Shown here in pieces: positions 18,024 to 30,188 of a stretch of DNA of 64,000 nt. The stretch lies in contig OZ242296.1 in the NCBI GenBank assembly GCA_965207735.1, forward strand, positions 662,723-726,722, given 5' to 3'. Both the position numbers and the translations under genes were made by a program. Below the pieces are notes generated by a model. That model was not told the origin of the DNA. It saw only the letters and a list, made by a program, of their open reading frames with translations, and ran no database searches. Position 1 is the first letter of the stretch. Each line of letters starts with the position of its first letter. Source of the stretch: Candidatus Versatilivorator sp. (lineage in GTDB: Bacteria; Acidobacteriota; Terriglobia; Versatilivoradales; Versatilivoraceae).

Positions 18024-18872
18024 ATGTGGTTCCAACGACTATTCATGGAATTGCTGACGTTCTGGGCAGAGCAAGGCTGTGTCATCCACTTGCCCTATGA
18101 CGTGGAAAAAGGGGCGGGAACCATGAATCCGGAGACCTTTTTCCGGGTTCTGGGGCCTGATTCCTATCGGGTGGCCTATCTGGAGCCCAGCCGGCGTCCC
18201 GCAGACGGCCGATATGGCGAGAATCCCAACCGGGTCCAAAAGCACCACCAGCTTCAAGTCGTCCTGAAGCCCGGCCCGCCGGATGTGCAGGCTCTCTATC
18301 TGGAGAGTTTGGAGAAGATCGGCATTCAGTTGCGAGCCCACGATATTCGATTTGAAGAGGACAATTGGGAATCGCCCACCCTCGGGGCTTGGGGCGCCGG
18401 CTGGCAGGTGCTGCTGGACGGGCTGGAGATCACCCAGTTTACCTATTTTCAGCAGGCCGGAGGACTGGAGCTGAATCCGGTTTCGGTGGAAATTACCTAC
18501 GGGTTGGAACGAATCGGAATGTTCCTGAACCACTTGTCGGATGTGTTCGATCTGGACTGGAATGCCGGGGTCAGTTATCGGGACCTCAGGCACGAGGACG
18601 AAGTCCAGTTTTCCCGTTACAATTTCGAAGTTGCCGATGTCGACCGGCACTTCGACTGGTTCACCGGCTATGAAAAGGAAGCCGACCGCCTGATAGAGAT
18701 GGGGTTGATCCTGCCGGCCTACGATTACTGTCTCAAATGCTCGCACACCTTCAATGTTCTGGATGCCAGGGGCGCCATCAGCGTCTCGGAACGCACCCAG
18801 TTGATTCAGCGGGTGCGCACCCTTGCCTGCCGCGTCGCTCAACGATATCTGGCCGGCCGGGACCAACTGTAG
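18024..18872 (+). CDS. glyQ: Glycine--tRNA ligase alpha subunit
   Basis: Highly conserved GlyQ sequence (FWAEQGC...[18 protein letters not shown]...[11 protein letters not shown]). Confidence 0.9.
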   Translation: MWFQRLFMELLTFWAEQGCVIHLPYDVEKGAGTMNPETFFRVLGPDSYRVAYLEPSRRPADGRYGENPNRVQKHHQLQVVLKPGPPDVQALYLESLEKIGIQLRAHDIRFEEDNWESPTLGAWGAGWQVLLDGLEITQFTYFQQAGGLELNPVSVEITYGLERIGMFLNHLSDVFDLDWNAGVSYRDLRHEDEVQFSRYNFEVADVDRHFDWFTGYEKEADRLIEMGLILPAYDYCLKCSHTFNVLDARGAISVSERTQLIQRVRTLACRVAQRYLAGRDQL

Positions 18873-18949
18873 CCCGCTCGGGGACCCAATCTGGACCAAG
18901 AGGGGCGATTCACCCTGAAGTTTCCGATTAGACTTCCCCACTTAAATCA

Positions 18950-21040
18950 ATGAGATCAGAGTTCTTATTGGAATTAGGCTGTGAAGAGATACCGGCACGC
19001 TTCCTGCCGGCATCCTCCCAGCAGTTGAAACAGAATATTGAACGGATTCTGTCGGTCAATTCTCTGGATCATGACCGAATCGACGCCTATTCCACGCCGC
19101 GACGCTTGATTGTGCACGCTGCCGGCGTGGCGACCACCCAGCCGGACCAGAGCCGGCTGATCACCGGCCCTCCCTGGACCATCGCTTTTGACCAGGACGG
19201 CCGTCCCACCGCCGCCGCCCTGGGATTCGCCCGCAAGAACCAGGTCGAGGTGGAGGCTCTCTCGGAGGCAAAGACCAGGAAGGGCAGTTATCTGTCCTAT
19301 CAGAGGCAGGTTCCCGGCCGCGAAGCCGTCCGGATCTTGGAGGAGGAGGTTCCCAACGCCATCAAGGAACTGGAATTGCCCAAGAGCATGAGATGGGAGT
19401 CGAGCCGCTTTCTCTTTCTGCGCCCCATACGGTGGATTCTTTGCCTCTTTGACGGGCAGGTGATACCCATTCAACTGGCTTCCATCCGGGCCGGCGACCG
19501 CACTTTCGGGCACCGAATTCTGGCCGGCAACCGTGAAGCGGTGGTGAGGAGTTTTGACGAGTATCGGCAGAAACTTCGAGAGGCTCAGGTGGAAATCGAT
19601 CCGATGACGCGGTTGCGTCGGATCCAGGCAGGTCTGGAGTCAGCAGCGGTTGAGCAGGGCGGCGGCCTGGTCGAGGACCGAACGCTGCTGCAAACGGTGG
19701 CCCACCTGAGCGAGCATCCCGGCGTGGTGTGCGGGAACTTCGACCGGGAGTTCCTGAAGCTCCCGCGGGAGGTCCTCATCACGGTGATGCGCGAGCATCA
19801 GAAGTATTTTTCGCTTCATGACCGCAAGGGGAAATTGCTCCCCAAATTCCTGGCGGTGGTGGATTCGGACGGGACCCATTCCCGACAAATTCAGGCCGGA
19901 CACGAGCGGGTGCTCAGGGCCCGCCTGTCGGACGCTGTCTTTTTTTGGGAGTCCGACCTGAAGGTCCCCGTGCAGGACCGCATCGGATTGCTGAAACAGA
20001 TTACCTATCAGAGAAATCTCGGCACGTTGTTTCATAAGACTCTTAGAATAAAGGCTTTATCAAAGTTTGTCGTCAAGTCGATTCGACACCCCGAGCTCCT
20101 GTCGCAGGTGGAGCAGGCCGCCGAGTTGTGCAAGACCGATCTGACCACCGAGATGGTCCGGGAATTCAGCAATCTGCAGGGAGTCATGGGGGGTCTCTAC
20201 GCCCGCGTCCAGGGCATCGAGGCAGGAGTATCGGAGGCCATATACGATCACTACCTGCCGGTTAGCGCGGAAGACCGTGTGCCGCGCGGGCTGGCCGGGG
20301 CGATTGTTGCCATGGCCGACAAACTGGACACGTTGGCTGGCGCCTTCTGTCTGGGCCTGATTCCCACGGGATCGCGGGACCCCCTGGGGTTGCGCCGCCA
20401 GGCCCTGGGGGTGATCCGCATCCTGCTGGCAAAAGAACTGGACCTTTCCTGTGAAAGAATGCTGCGCCAGGCCTACCGGGGAGTTCGCAGGTTTGCCGAT
20501 CGATCGTGGGAGGAAACCTCTCTGAGTTTCCGGAACTTCCTGAAGGACCGACTGCGTTTCCTATTCCGGGGGCAGGGGTTTCGCTACGACGAGGTCAACG
20601 CGGTGGTGGAGGTGTGTTGGGACAATCCGGTGGAATGCCGGAAGCGGTTGGGCGCCATTGCCGGCATGCGGGAAAGCTCCGATTTCCGGTCTCTGGCGAC
20701 CAGTTTCAAGCGTATCAAGAACATTCTGCTGAAAGCCGAAGTGGATCCGCAAGCAGCCTGCGCCATCGATCCGGCACTGTTTTCAACGCCGGAGGAGGGC
20801 CTGCTCCACGGCCAGGTCGTTTCGCTTGACCGCGGGATTTCCAAGGCTATTCGTGCAGGAAGGCACGAGGCGGCTCTGGGAATGATGGCCTCGCTGAGAC
20901 CCGCGGTGGACTGCTTCTTTGACCAGGTGCTGGTGATGGACAAGGATCCGTCGGTGCGGAGAAACCGTCTGGCGCTGCTGACATTTCTCTTGCAGACGTT
21001 TCTGAGGGTCGCCGACGTTTCCGAGATGGTGGCGACCTGA
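18950..21040 (+). CDS. glyS: Glycine--tRNA ligase beta subunit
   Basis: 696 aa. N-terminal [13 protein letters not shown] is typical of GlyS and lies immediately downstream of glyQ. Confidence 0.85.
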   Translation: MRSEFLLELGCEEIPARFLPASSQQLKQNIERILSVNSLDHDRIDAYSTPRRLIVHAAGVATTQPDQSRLITGPPWTIAFDQDGRPTAAALGFARKNQVEVEALSEAKTRKGSYLSYQRQVPGREAVRILEEEVPNAIKELELPKSMRWESSRFLFLRPIRWILCLFDGQVIPIQLASIRAGDRTFGHRILAGNREAVVRSFDEYRQKLREAQVEIDPMTRLRRIQAGLESAAVEQGGGLVEDRTLLQTVAHLSEHPGVVCGNFDREFLKLPREVLITVMREHQKYFSLHDRKGKLLPKFLAVVDSDGTHSRQIQAGHERVLRARLSDAVFFWESDLKVPVQDRIGLLKQITYQRNLGTLFHKTLRIKALSKFVVKSIRHPELLSQVEQAAELCKTDLTTEMVREFSNLQGVMGGLYARVQGIEAGVSEAIYDHYLPVSAEDRVPRGLAGAIVAMADKLDTLAGAFCLGLIPTGSRDPLGLRRQALGVIRILLAKELDLSCERMLRQAYRGVRRFADRSWEETSLSFRNFLKDRLRFLFRGQGFRYDEVNAVVEVCWDNPVECRKRLGAIAGMRESSDFRSLATSFKRIKNILLKAEVDPQAACAIDPALFSTPEEGLLHGQVVSLDRGISKAIRAGRHEAALGMMASLRPAVDCFFDQVLVMDKDPSVRRNRLALLTFLLQTFLRVADVSEMVAT

Positions 21041-21123
21041 TGGCAGATGTCGGCGCGTCGACATTGCCTTATTCGAGAGTTGCCCGGGACAGGAGTCCTG
21101 GCGAGTTGAATCGGAGAGCGACA

Positions 21124-23883
21124 ATGGCTGAACAGTCGGTTTACTTTTTTGGCGACGGCAGGGCCGACGGTCGGGCTGACATGAAGAGCCTGCTGGGCGG
21201 GAAGGGAGCCAATCTGGCGGAGATGACCAACCTGGGACTGCCGGTCCCCCCCGGGTTCACCATCTCGACCGAGGTCTGCGACCACTATTACAGGGAAAAG
21301 GAGCAATATCCCATCGGCCTGTCCGATGAGGTTTCCCAAGCGCTCCATGAAATGGAAGAGCTTATGGAAATGCGGTTCGGCGATGCCCAAAATCCCTTGC
21401 TGGTTTCGGTGCGCTCAGGGGCCCGGGCCTCGATGCCTGGCATGATGGACACTGTCCTGAACCTGGGATTGAACGACAGCACGGTTGAGGGACTGGCCCT
21501 GCGAACCGGCAATGCGAGGTTTGCCTGGGATTCGTATCGCCGGTTCGTACAAATGTACGGAAACGTCGTACTTGGAATGAAGCCAATCCGCAAGGACGAA
21601 GTCGATCCCTTCGAGCGCATGATCGAGGCGAAGAAGGAAACACGCGGGCTGGTCCTGGATACGGAATTCACAACGACCGATCTCCAGGATCTGGTGATTC
21701 TCTTCAAGCGTGAAATCAGACAGCGGGTAGGAGTGGACTTTCCCGACGATCCCCATCAACAGCTATGGGGCGCCATCGGAGCCGTGTTCGGTTCCTGGAT
21801 GAACCCGCGTGCCGAAGAGTATCGAAGGCTCAACGCAATTCCTTCCAGTTGGGGAACGGCCGTCAACGTGCAGGCCATGGTGTTCGGGAACATGGGATCC
21901 GACTCGGGTTCCGGGGTGGCCTTCACCAGGGACGCCGCAACCGGGGAAAACGTGCTCTACGGGGAGTACCTTGGAAACGCTCAGGGGGAGGATGTGGTGT
22001 CGGGGGCCCGAACCCCCGCCGCCATTGCCGAACTGGCTCGCGAGAGACCGGAGTTGTATGGCCAGTTGGATCGAGCCCGCGGGATCTTGGAGAAGCACTA
22101 TCGGGACATGCTGGATATCGAGTTCACCATCCAGCAGGGGACGTTCTACCTGTTGCAGTGTCGGGTCGGGAAGCGAACTGCATTCGCCGCCATCAGGATT
22201 GCCGTCGACATGGTGGATGAAGGGCTGATCACTCCCGAGGAAGCGCTGCTGAGAGTGGAGCCGGATCAACTGAACCAGCTCTTGAGGCCCGTATTCGATC
22301 CGGCGGAGAAGGCGGCGGCCATCGAGCAGGGCCGTTTACTGGCCAAGGGTCTCAACGCCGGCCCTGGCGCCGCCGTCGGCCGAGTGGTCTTCAACGCACC
22401 GGACGCAGAAGAGTGGAAGAGTCGTGGGGAACGGGTCATTCTGACCCGCATCGAGACTTCGCCTGAGGATATCAAGGGAATGAACGCGGCCGAGGGGATC
22501 CTGACGGCTCGGGGAGGCACGACCTCCCATGCGGCTCTGGTCGCCAGGCAAATGGGCAAGGTGTGCGTTGCCGGCTGCAGCGCCTTGGCCATCGATTACT
22601 CTCAACGCCACATGAGAGTCAACGGACGGGTCATCCGGGAGGGTGATTTCCTGTCATTGGACGGAACCACCGGCGAGGTGATCCAGGGGCCCATTGCGGC
22701 ACGAGATTCGGAGGTTCTACAAGTTCTCCTGCACGAGGTATCTGAAAAGCAGGAGGCCCAGGTTTATCGGCAGTATCGGAAACTGATGGAATGGGCGGAC
22801 CGGGTTCGTACGCTGGCCATCCGCGCCAACGCGGATCAGGCGGACCAGGCAGCTGCCGCCATCGCGTTCGGGGCTGAGGGGATCGGTTTGTGCCGAACCG
22901 AGCACATGTTCTTCGGCGAGGGAGAGATCGGCCCGATGCGGGAAATGATCCTGGCCTCGACTCCGGAAATGCGGGAACGCGCCTTGTCCAAGCTCCTGCC
23001 GCTCCAGCGGGAGGATTTCGAGCACATTTTCGAAGTGATGGAAGGCAGGCCGGTCACCATCCGAACCCTTGATCCGCCTCTTCACGAGTTCCTGCCTCAC
23101 GAGGCGTCGGCTCAGAGAGAGTTGGCTTCGGACATGGGCGTTTCCTTTGAGGCGGTCAAGGCGAAAGTGGATTCATTTCACGAGTTCAATCCCATGATCG
23201 GTTTTCGCGGCTGCCGCCTGGGAATCGTCTATCCCGAAATCACCCGGATGCAGGCGCAGGCGATCTTCGAGGCGGCCGCCAACGTCATCGGTCGAGGAAT
23301 GAAAGCCGTGCCGGAGGTCATGATCCCCCTGGTCGGTAACGTCAAGGAACTGGAAGATCAGGCTAAGATCGTGCGGCAAGTGGCAAGACAGGTGATGGAT
23401 TCCCGAAAACTGGAGATCGAGTTTCAGGTGGGCACCATGATCGAGGTTCCCAGGGGGGCTCTCACCGCGGACGAAATTGCGCGTTCGGCGGACTTCTTCA
23501 GCTTCGGAACCAATGACTTGACTCAAACCACCTTGGCTTTGAGCCGAGATGATGCCGACCGGTTCCTGGTGCCCTATCTGCAGCAGGACATTTATCCCAG
23601 GGATCCATTCCAGTCCCTTGACGTGGCTGGAGTTGGAGAGTTGATGAGGATTGCGGTGGTGAAGGGGCGGTCCACCCGGCCTGAAATCAAGATCGGGATT
23701 TGCGGTGAACATGGGGGCGATCCCGCCAGCATCGAGTTCTGCCATCAACTGGAGCAGGACTATGTCAGTTGTTCCCCGTATCGGGTTCCCATTGCCCGTC
23801 TGGCCGCAGCCCAAGCGGCGATCAAGCTCTCTCAGCCAGCTCCCGAGACGTCCGAAAAAGTCAGGGCCACCGCACGCGGGTGA
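21124..23883 (+). CDS. ppdK: Pyruvate, phosphate dikinase
   Basis: PEP-utilising enzyme motifs ([29 protein letters not shown] with catalytic His, CRTEHMF PEP-binding TIM barrel). Start taken at ATG 21124 (MAEQSVYFF). Confidence 0.85.
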   Translation: MAEQSVYFFGDGRADGRADMKSLLGGKGANLAEMTNLGLPVPPGFTISTEVCDHYYREKEQYPIGLSDEVSQALHEMEELMEMRFGDAQNPLLVSVRSGARASMPGMMDTVLNLGLNDSTVEGLALRTGNARFAWDSYRRFVQMYGNVVLGMKPIRKDEVDPFERMIEAKKETRGLVLDTEFTTTDLQDLVILFKREIRQRVGVDFPDDPHQQLWGAIGAVFGSWMNPRAEEYRRLNAIPSSWGTAVNVQAMVFGNMGSDSGSGVAFTRDAATGENVLYGEYLGNAQGEDVVSGARTPAAIAELARERPELYGQLDRARGILEKHYRDMLDIEFTIQQGTFYLLQCRVGKRTAFAAIRIAVDMVDEGLITPEEALLRVEPDQLNQLLRPVFDPAEKAAAIEQGRLLAKGLNAGPGAAVGRVVFNAPDAEEWKSRGERVILTRIETSPEDIKGMNAAEGILTARGGTTSHAALVARQMGKVCVAGCSALAIDYSQRHMRVNGRVIREGDFLSLDGTTGEVIQGPIAARDSEVLQVLLHEVSEKQEAQVYRQYRKLMEWADRVRTLAIRANADQADQAAAAIAFGAEGIGLCRTEHMFFGEGEIGPMREMILASTPEMRERALSKLLPLQREDFEHIFEVMEGRPVTIRTLDPPLHEFLPHEASAQRELASDMGVSFEAVKAKVDSFHEFNPMIGFRGCRLGIVYPEITRMQAQAIFEAAANVIGRGMKAVPEVMIPLVGNVKELEDQAKIVRQVARQVMDSRKLEIEFQVGTMIEVPRGALTADEIARSADFFSFGTNDLTQTTLALSRDDADRFLVPYLQQDIYPRDPFQSLDVAGVGELMRIAVVKGRSTRPEIKIGICGEHGGDPASIEFCHQLEQDYVSCSPYRVPIARLAAAQAAIKLSQPAPETSEKVRATARG

Positions 23884-24153
23884 AACCCGGCGGTCATCCC
23901 TGCGTCATTGCGGAGCACACGACTCTCACCTGGTGAGCCGTGCGCATTGAAATCCTGACGGGGGGAGACGGTCCCGGACTGAATCCCTGCATCGAGCGAG
24001 ACCACTATCGCCCCAGGGTCCCCCAGGTGGACGGAAAGCCGATGTTTCTTTACCAACTCGGAGATTGGGTCTATAATGATTATATAGTACCACTAGAAAA
24101 AGACGCAAAACCAACGTTTGTCGATTCCGAAGGTCTTTCCGAGGAGCAATGCC

Positions 24154-25179
24154 ATGCTGCAACCGAAAGCGTACCTTGGGCTCGTCGTCCTGCTGTTTAC
24201 CGACATTGGGGCGGTGAACGCCAACGAAACGGCCGCATACTTCATCTCGGCCAAGTCGGGCATGATCAACTACGTGGAGGGTGAGCCTACGGTGAGTAAT
24301 CCCGAGCTTTCTCAGCCACGGCCGGTCGGGCCCCGGCACCAGCTCGCCAAGGGGGATGTGCTGCAGACGACGGGGGACCAGAGGGTGGAAATGCTGCTCA
24401 ACCCGGGAACCTATCTGCGAGTGGCGGAAAACAGCCGGGTTCGGGTTCTGGCGACTGCCTTCGACGACATGCGTTTTGCCCTGGAAGAAGGCATCGCAAT
24501 CGTGGAATCGCTGAGCCTGCGGCGCAAGGTCCACCGGCTTCAGGTCCTGACGCCGTCCGGAGAACTGAGAGTGCTCAAAAAGGGTTTGTATCGCTTCGCT
24601 GTCGATGCGGCCGGCCAGGTTCAGGTGACGGTATTCAAAGGCAAGCTGAAGTGGACCAGAGATCAGGTCAAGATCGCGGCTCTGAAATCGGGAAAGACCT
24701 TCAATCTCAACCGTTCCGCAAGAGGACGATTGCGCTACAGCAAGGTGGGAGAAGATTTCTTCGACGATACCGATCGCTGGAGCCGAGAACGGGCGGTTGC
24801 GTTGATCGCCGCCAACTCCAAGATTCCCTCCTGGATGTCTCGGTCGGCCCTGTCCAGGTATGGCTTCCGGTCGAGTGGGGGTTGGGTCTATGACCCGTTT
24901 TCCCGGATGCATACCTTCATCCCGTTCCATTCCCTGCTGAGGTCGCCCTACGGCTTGGCCTACGGCAACTATTGCCCCACCTGGCGTTCCTACGGTCCCG
25001 TCTACGCATCCAGAGGCTACGGCGGTTCCAGTCTTGGCAGGTCGAGTTCTACCTATATACCGGCCACAACCAGCGTGCACCGGTCTTCGGCAGCCACTTC
25101 CACCTCCAGCAGTATTGCCGCCGGTTCAGGGGCTCAACAGAGCCGCGCCGCAGCCAGCAGCAGCGTTCGCGGGAGGTAA
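24154..25179 (+). CDS. Secreted FecR-like domain protein with Ser-rich C-terminal tail
   Basis: Signal peptide (LGLVVLLFTDIGAVNA) and a beta-rich FecR-like segment (GDVLQTTGDQRVEMLLNPGTYLRVAENSRVRV). RBS GAGGAG lies 8 nt upstream of ATG 24154. The overlapping minus-strand ORF is rejected. Confidence 0.5.
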   Translation: MLQPKAYLGLVVLLFTDIGAVNANETAAYFISAKSGMINYVEGEPTVSNPELSQPRPVGPRHQLAKGDVLQTTGDQRVEMLLNPGTYLRVAENSRVRVLATAFDDMRFALEEGIAIVESLSLRRKVHRLQVLTPSGELRVLKKGLYRFAVDAAGQVQVTVFKGKLKWTRDQVKIAALKSGKTFNLNRSARGRLRYSKVGEDFFDDTDRWSRERAVALIAANSKIPSWMSRSALSRYGFRSSGGWVYDPFSRMHTFIPFHSLLRSPYGLAYGNYCPTWRSYGPVYASRGYGGSSLGRSSSTYIPATTSVHRSSAATSTSSSIAAGSGAQQSRAAASSSVRGR

Positions 25180-25258
25180 CTTCCCGGCCCGCTGACTCAG
25201 CCTGACCGTTCCGCACGAGACTAGGCTTCTTTCGGCATCCCCGAATTGTCGGTATAAT

Positions 25259-26494
25259 TTGGGAAAAACCCGTGGGAGAAGCATCGTGGCACTTTCGAAC
25301 CGTTGCGCGCTGGGCGGCCTGCTGCTGGTCATTCTTGTCGGAGCACCCCTGAACCTGTTGACGGCCGAGGGGCCTATCAGCCGGGAGGAACTTCTGGCCC
25401 TGGTCACCACCGCCCGCATGGGAGCGGTGACTCCCCAACAGGTGGTGGAGTTGATCGGGGAGCGGGGGATCGGCTTTCGAGTCAAGGACATTCTCCTGCA
25501 GGAACTGAAAGCTCGCCAGGCCGATCCTGCCATCATCCGGGCAGTGCAGGAAAACGGCCGCACTCAACCGGGTGCATCGCCCCTGAGACCCCCGCCGGGA
25601 GTTGCGCCTCCACCGCTGGTCTTTATCCCACCTCCTGATGAACCGGTGGCAACCGAGCCGCCGGCAGCGGGTTCTCCGGCAAGTCCCGAGCCGCCAGCAC
25701 CGGGTTCGGTGGCAACTCCCGCGCCGTCAGCAACCGCGGCTCCGGCTGCAACGCCCGTGCGCTCCGGATTGCCGGACCGGGAGTCCTGGCCGAAATTCCT
25801 GGAAGACGTGCGCAGAACAGCAATGGCCTATACCGACAACCTGCCGAATTTCATCTGTACCCAGATCACCCAGCGTTATTTGCGCCGCCTTCCCAAGACG
25901 GGTTGGGTGCGGATGGACAACTTCGTGGCGGAGTTGTCCTACTACGACAAACAAGAGCACTATAAGCTGGTGTCGGTCGGGAATCGCTCGGCGGCCTCCA
26001 ATGCCACGCTGGAATCGCTCAAGGGAACAACCTCGACAGGCGAGTTCGGATCCTCCTTGAATTTCCTGTTCGATCCCGCAACCCGGACCTTTTTCCGCTT
26101 TGAGGGGATCGACCACAGCCGTGGCGCGCCCACCGTGCGTGTCGGTTTTCGAGTGCCTAAGGACACCTCCAAGAGAAGTATCATATTCAGGGACGGGACC
26201 ACCGAACTGGGCGTAGTCACGCCTTATCGGGGGCGATGCTGGATTGATCCGGACTCGATGCAGGTCGTCCAGATCAAGGAGCGGGCTTATAGAATCCCCG
26301 ATACCTTCCCCATAACACGCTCGGAGGGTTCCACCGAGTACAACCAGGTGGATATCGCGGGGCAGCAACACTGGCTTCCGGTCCGGGCGGAGGTCCTGAT
26401 GGAGAATGGCACGGCCAGGCTCCACACCAGGAATGTCATCCAGTTCAAGCAGTACCGCAAGTTCGGCAGCGAGGTGAAGTTCCTGTCCGACTGA
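25259..26494 (+). CDS. Hypothetical secreted protein with Pro/Ala-rich linker
   Basis: N-terminal hydrophobic signal, then a PAPGSVATPAPSATAAPAATP low-complexity linker and a roughly 240-aa C-terminal domain of unknown family. Start (TTG or GTG) uncertain. Confidence 0.45.
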   Translation: MGKTRGRSIVALSNRCALGGLLLVILVGAPLNLLTAEGPISREELLALVTTARMGAVTPQQVVELIGERGIGFRVKDILLQELKARQADPAIIRAVQENGRTQPGASPLRPPPGVAPPPLVFIPPPDEPVATEPPAAGSPASPEPPAPGSVATPAPSATAAPAATPVRSGLPDRESWPKFLEDVRRTAMAYTDNLPNFICTQITQRYLRRLPKTGWVRMDNFVAELSYYDKQEHYKLVSVGNRSAASNATLESLKGTTSTGEFGSSLNFLFDPATRTFFRFEGIDHSRGAPTVRVGFRVPKDTSKRSIIFRDGTTELGVVTPYRGRCWIDPDSMQVVQIKERAYRIPDTFPITRSEGSTEYNQVDIAGQQHWLPVRAEVLMENGTARLHTRNVIQFKQYRKFGSEVKFLSD

Positions 26495-26603
26495 GGGGCA
26501 GGCCACCGATCGCTGTCGGCTCTTCAGCTAGCCCGCAATCGTCGCCTTCGATTGCTAGCCACGACCACCGGCCACGCCCTACTGCGTACTCAAAGTCACT
26601 CCT

Positions 26604-27613
26604 TTATCGATTAAACCGTGACGATTGCCCTGCTTCCTCCAGGAAGGTGGCGGTGCGCAGGTAGTTTCCGTCGCTACGGATGGTGACGGCCCCCTGTCGG
26701 TCGGTGCGGAACAATTGCACGGGAAGTGTCTTCAAACGGCGAACCACCTCGGGGTGAGGATGGCCGAAGGGGTTGACCTTACCCGCCGAAATAACGGCAA
26801 GCACCGGATTGACCCGGTTCAGGAAGAGTAAGGAGGATGAGGTCCAGCTTCCATGGTGGGCTACCTTCAAGACATCGGCTTGGAGGCCACGTCCGAGGGC
26901 TGCCAGGCATTCCTCGACCGGCTCCTCGATATCACCGGTCAACAAGAAGGACCTGCGCCCGAAGGTCATTCTCAAAACCAGGGAATCGTTGTTGAGATTT
27001 CCGTCGGAGGGGCCGCAACCCGGATTGAGAAATTCCAGTCCGGCCCCATGAACATTGAGCGTGTCCCCGGCTTGAAAAGCTCGGATCCTGAGGCCGCGTG
27101 CTTCCGCCTTTTTGAGCAGTGCGAGCAGATCGGGGGAAACGGGGCCGTTTCCAAGCCAGAATTCCTTGACCTCGAAGTTGTCCAGAATAAACCCCAGACC
27201 TCCCATATGGTCCTGGTGGGCATGGGTCAGGATCACCGCTTCCAGCGATCGGACGCCGCGGCTCCGGAGATAAGGCGCGACCACCTGCTCACCGACGTCA
27301 AAAGCGGACCCCACGATCTCGGATCGGTGGCCGGCCCCGGACCAACTGCCACCGCCATCGACCAGAGTGTGCCCGCCGTTCGGCCAGCCTACCAGGATGC
27401 TGTCTCCTTGCCGCACATCCAGAAACGTCAAACTCATCTCCTGCGATCCGGATTTGACCCCTTGTCCGCCTGAAAGCAGGACCGTCAGGGATGCCAGCCA
27501 GATGACGGCGCCGGACAGCCTCAGGAGGCGAGGGACTCTTGTGGCGACCCACAGGGCCAGGGAGCCGTAGTAGGCCAACACCCAGGCCAGGGGAACCTGG
27601 GGCAGGGAAAAGC
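26604..27613 (-). pseudogene. comEC: comEC, C-terminal metallo-beta-lactamase fragment; gene split by IS insertion
   Basis: HAHQDHMGG MBL motif in a ComEC/Rec2-type domain. The ORF-track N-terminus (MLPTSGEKCGLGFS) is read from the IS terminal repeat. After removing the insertion (27618-30188, 2571 bp, a multiple of 3), the reading frame is continuous with 30189-31787. Confidence 0.7.
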
Positions 27614-27712
27614 CTAGCCCGCATTTCTCACCAGAGGTAGGAAGCATCGGTTCTCGGAATCTGGTAAAATACTCTTGTCTAAGGAGTTAACCAGATTCTT
27701 AAAGGAGAACCG

Positions 27713-29080
27713 ATGCCGACACAGTGTAACACCAAACCCCTGGAGTTTGAACCCCACGGCCGCCGCCGCGTGGTGGCTGATTTCGACGGCGGTCCCATCA
27801 CTTCCGATGCCGGCTCCCTGCTGTTGCGCCGGGTGGATCGGGGCTTATCTCTCTCCGACCAGGTGGCCGACTGTTTCACCGATCACCGCGACCCCAAGCG
27901 GACCCAATACAGCCTGCGCACCCTCATCGCTCAGCGCATCCGTGGCATCGCCCTCGGCTACGAGGATCTCATCGACCACGACCAACTCCGTCACGATCCC
28001 CTCATGGCCTTGTTTTCAGAGAAAGGCCGTCGTGGCGACTCGCCTCCCCTGGCAGGCAAGAGCACCCTCAACCGACTCGAACACGCCCCCACCCAAGGCC
28101 CCACCCGCTACCACAAGATTGACCACGACCCCGAGGCCTTGCAAGCCCTCCTGGTGAAACTGTTTCTGCAAGCCCATCCCCAACCCCCCGATGAGATCAT
28201 CCTCGACCTCGACGCCACTGACGATCCCCTCCACGGGGAACAAGAGGACCGCTTCTTCCACGGCTACTACCGAGGCTACTGCTACCTGCCCCTCTACATC
28301 TTCTCGGGCCGCCATCTGCTCTCGGCCCTGCTCAGACCCGCCAACATCGATGCCTCCGCCGGCGCTCTGGAGCAGGTCCAGCGCATCGTCTCCCGCCTAC
28401 GGCGTGTCTGGCCTCAGGTCAAGATCCTGCTGCGGGCCGACTCCGGCTTTGCCCGTGAGGAGCTGATGGGGTGGTGTGAGCAGCATCAGGTCGACTATCT
28501 CTTCGGCCTGGCCCGCAACTCCCGCCTCCAAGACGCCATCGCCCCCGAGTTGGCTCAGGCCCAGGCCCTCTCAGACCAGCAACAGCAGCCCGCCCGGATC
28601 TTCACCGACCTCTCCTACCGCACTCACAAGAGCTGGTCCCACGAGCGCCGCCTGGTCGCCAAAGCCGAGGTCCTGCCCCGCGGCCCCAACCCCCGCTTCG
28701 TCGTCACCTCTCTGTCGGTCCAGGACTACCCCGCCCAGTTCCTCTATGAGAAGATCTACTGTGCCCGCGGTGAGATGGAAAACCGCATCAAGGAGCAGCA
28801 ACTCGACCTGTTTGCCGATCGCACCTCCACCCACTCCTTCCGGGCGAATCAGCTCCGGCTCCTGATGACCTCTTTCGCCTATGTGCTGGTGGAGGGCTTG
28901 CGCCGGCGGGCGCTGCAATCCACCTGCCTGGCCCGGGCCACCGTCGGTTCCATCAGACTCAAACTGCTCAAGATCGGCGCTCAGGTCACCATCTCGGTCC
29001 GTCGCATCAAGGTCGCCATGGCTTCCGGATGTCCTTACCAGAGGGAGTTCCGCATCGCTTGGGCTCACCTGCCGCCCTGA
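27713..29080 (+). CDS. IS1380-family DDE transposase (455 aa)
   Basis: Typical IS1380 architecture and motifs (ILDLDATDDPLHGEQE...LRADSGFA...CARGEMENRIKE...IRLKLLKIGAQV). Confidence 0.85.
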   Translation: MPTQCNTKPLEFEPHGRRRVVADFDGGPITSDAGSLLLRRVDRGLSLSDQVADCFTDHRDPKRTQYSLRTLIAQRIRGIALGYEDLIDHDQLRHDPLMALFSEKGRRGDSPPLAGKSTLNRLEHAPTQGPTRYHKIDHDPEALQALLVKLFLQAHPQPPDEIILDLDATDDPLHGEQEDRFFHGYYRGYCYLPLYIFSGRHLLSALLRPANIDASAGALEQVQRIVSRLRRVWPQVKILLRADSGFAREELMGWCEQHQVDYLFGLARNSRLQDAIAPELAQAQALSDQQQQPARIFTDLSYRTHKSWSHERRLVAKAEVLPRGPNPRFVVTSLSVQDYPAQFLYEKIYCARGEMENRIKEQQLDLFADRTSTHSFRANQLRLLMTSFAYVLVEGLRRRALQSTCLARATVGSIRLKLLKIGAQVTISVRRIKVAMASGCPYQREFRIAWAHLPP

Positions 29081-29302
29081 GGTGCCCTGACCCGACCGTC
29101 ACTCCTGGCCCTTGAAGACGCGGCCACCAGGCCCGATGGCAGAGGTGTCGCTGTTTTCGAGGGAAAATGCCGCCTGAGGTTCCTCGGAGAGCCTCAGAAG
29201 CCTCCGCTGTTGGCCTTTGCCTACCGATCCAGCCACCAACGTTGTTAAACTCGGCCTCAAATGCCTCCATGGCCCCTTTTACCGCTCCTGTGCGAACTCT
29301 GG

Positions 29303-30171
29303 GTAGAGTCGAGGACTGGCGCGTTGACTATAGGGTCCGGTGGCTATTCCGTCGCTTTCGCTTCGGGCCTCAGTCCGGCTCCCTTATCACGTTTCCAGTC
29401 CCCGCTCTCCGAACCGGACGTGCGGTTTTCCCGCATCTCGGCTCTCCAGTGGGATCATGCGTCTCGCACACAGGTCCCCGCTCGCATCCGTGGACGACTC
29501 CTATGGGATTGGCACCCGTCCCCCACTCCATCCACTTCCGCTCCCGGGTTGCCGCCAGGCCTGTTGATGCCCTGACGACGCCGTCCTCCTCCGACGACCC
29601 TTTCACTTTTGCATGTGATGCTTCCGGAGTCTCCGGCCCTTTTTTGGTCGGGGTTTCAGGCTTTCGCCACTCCCGGGACCCTTCCCCCTTCGGTCACCGC
29701 TCCTCACCTGAGGCCCCTTCCCTCCACCGGTATTACCCGGCTTCTCCGGTACTACAGGCCTCTCCGCCACCCTGTCGGCCTAGACTGACTCTCGCGAGCT
29801 TCCGGTTCGGTGCGTGCCTCACCACCCACAGGGCTTCCCATGTTGCTGCCTTCTTCCCCTTCCATGCGTGCCAGCGCCACTACCCCGGCGGGTCCAAAGG
29901 GGTGCCCGCGTCGCTCGCTTCCCCCTCCGTCTTCGGCCTTCCCCATTTCTCAGGTGGGTCGGCCCCCGCATTGCCCGTTTCGAGGCCTGCTCGACGTTCA
30001 CTCGCGTTCCGGCCCGCATGCTCGCTGAACCGCCTTAAGCGGCCCTTTGACACCAGAGGGCTTCAGACCATATCGTTACCTCCATGATCCGCCCTGGCTG
30101 CTACCAACCGGAGCGACAGTTGTTGGACGGGTTTCGCACCCGTTGGAAGAAGGCGCCTTTCCATGGCGCAC
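29303..30171 (-). ncRNA. ORF-less group II intron, copy 2, inserted in the right TIR of the IS1380-family IS
   Basis: Reverse complement is nearly identical to 14492-15371. The 5' exon ...CTAGCCCGCATTTCTCA|GUGCG is the same, and the 3' exon CCAGAGTTCGCACAGG is the IS terminal-repeat continuation. The proline-rich ORFs 29167-30087 (+) and 14586-15374 (-) are antisense artefacts of this element. Confidence 0.75.
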
Positions 30172-30188
30172 TGAGAAATGCGGGCTAG

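Larger units (their letters stand above)
27618..30184 (+). mobile_element. IS1380-family insertion sequence (about 1.7 kb plus an 870-nt group II intron in its right TIR), with 4-bp CTAG target duplication, inserted in comEC
   Basis: Left end CCCGCATTTCTCACCAGAGG. The right end, read as reverse complement, is CCCGCATTTCTCA-[intron]-CCAGAGTTCGCACAGG. CTAG at 27614-27617 and 30185-30188. Confidence 0.75.

Noticed and set aside
23926-25080. 384-aa minus-strand ORF overlapping the FecR-like gene
   Set aside because: No recognisable domain, Gly/Pro/Arg-rich composition, fully antisense to a plus-strand ORF with a signal peptide and FecR-like beta-rich segment.
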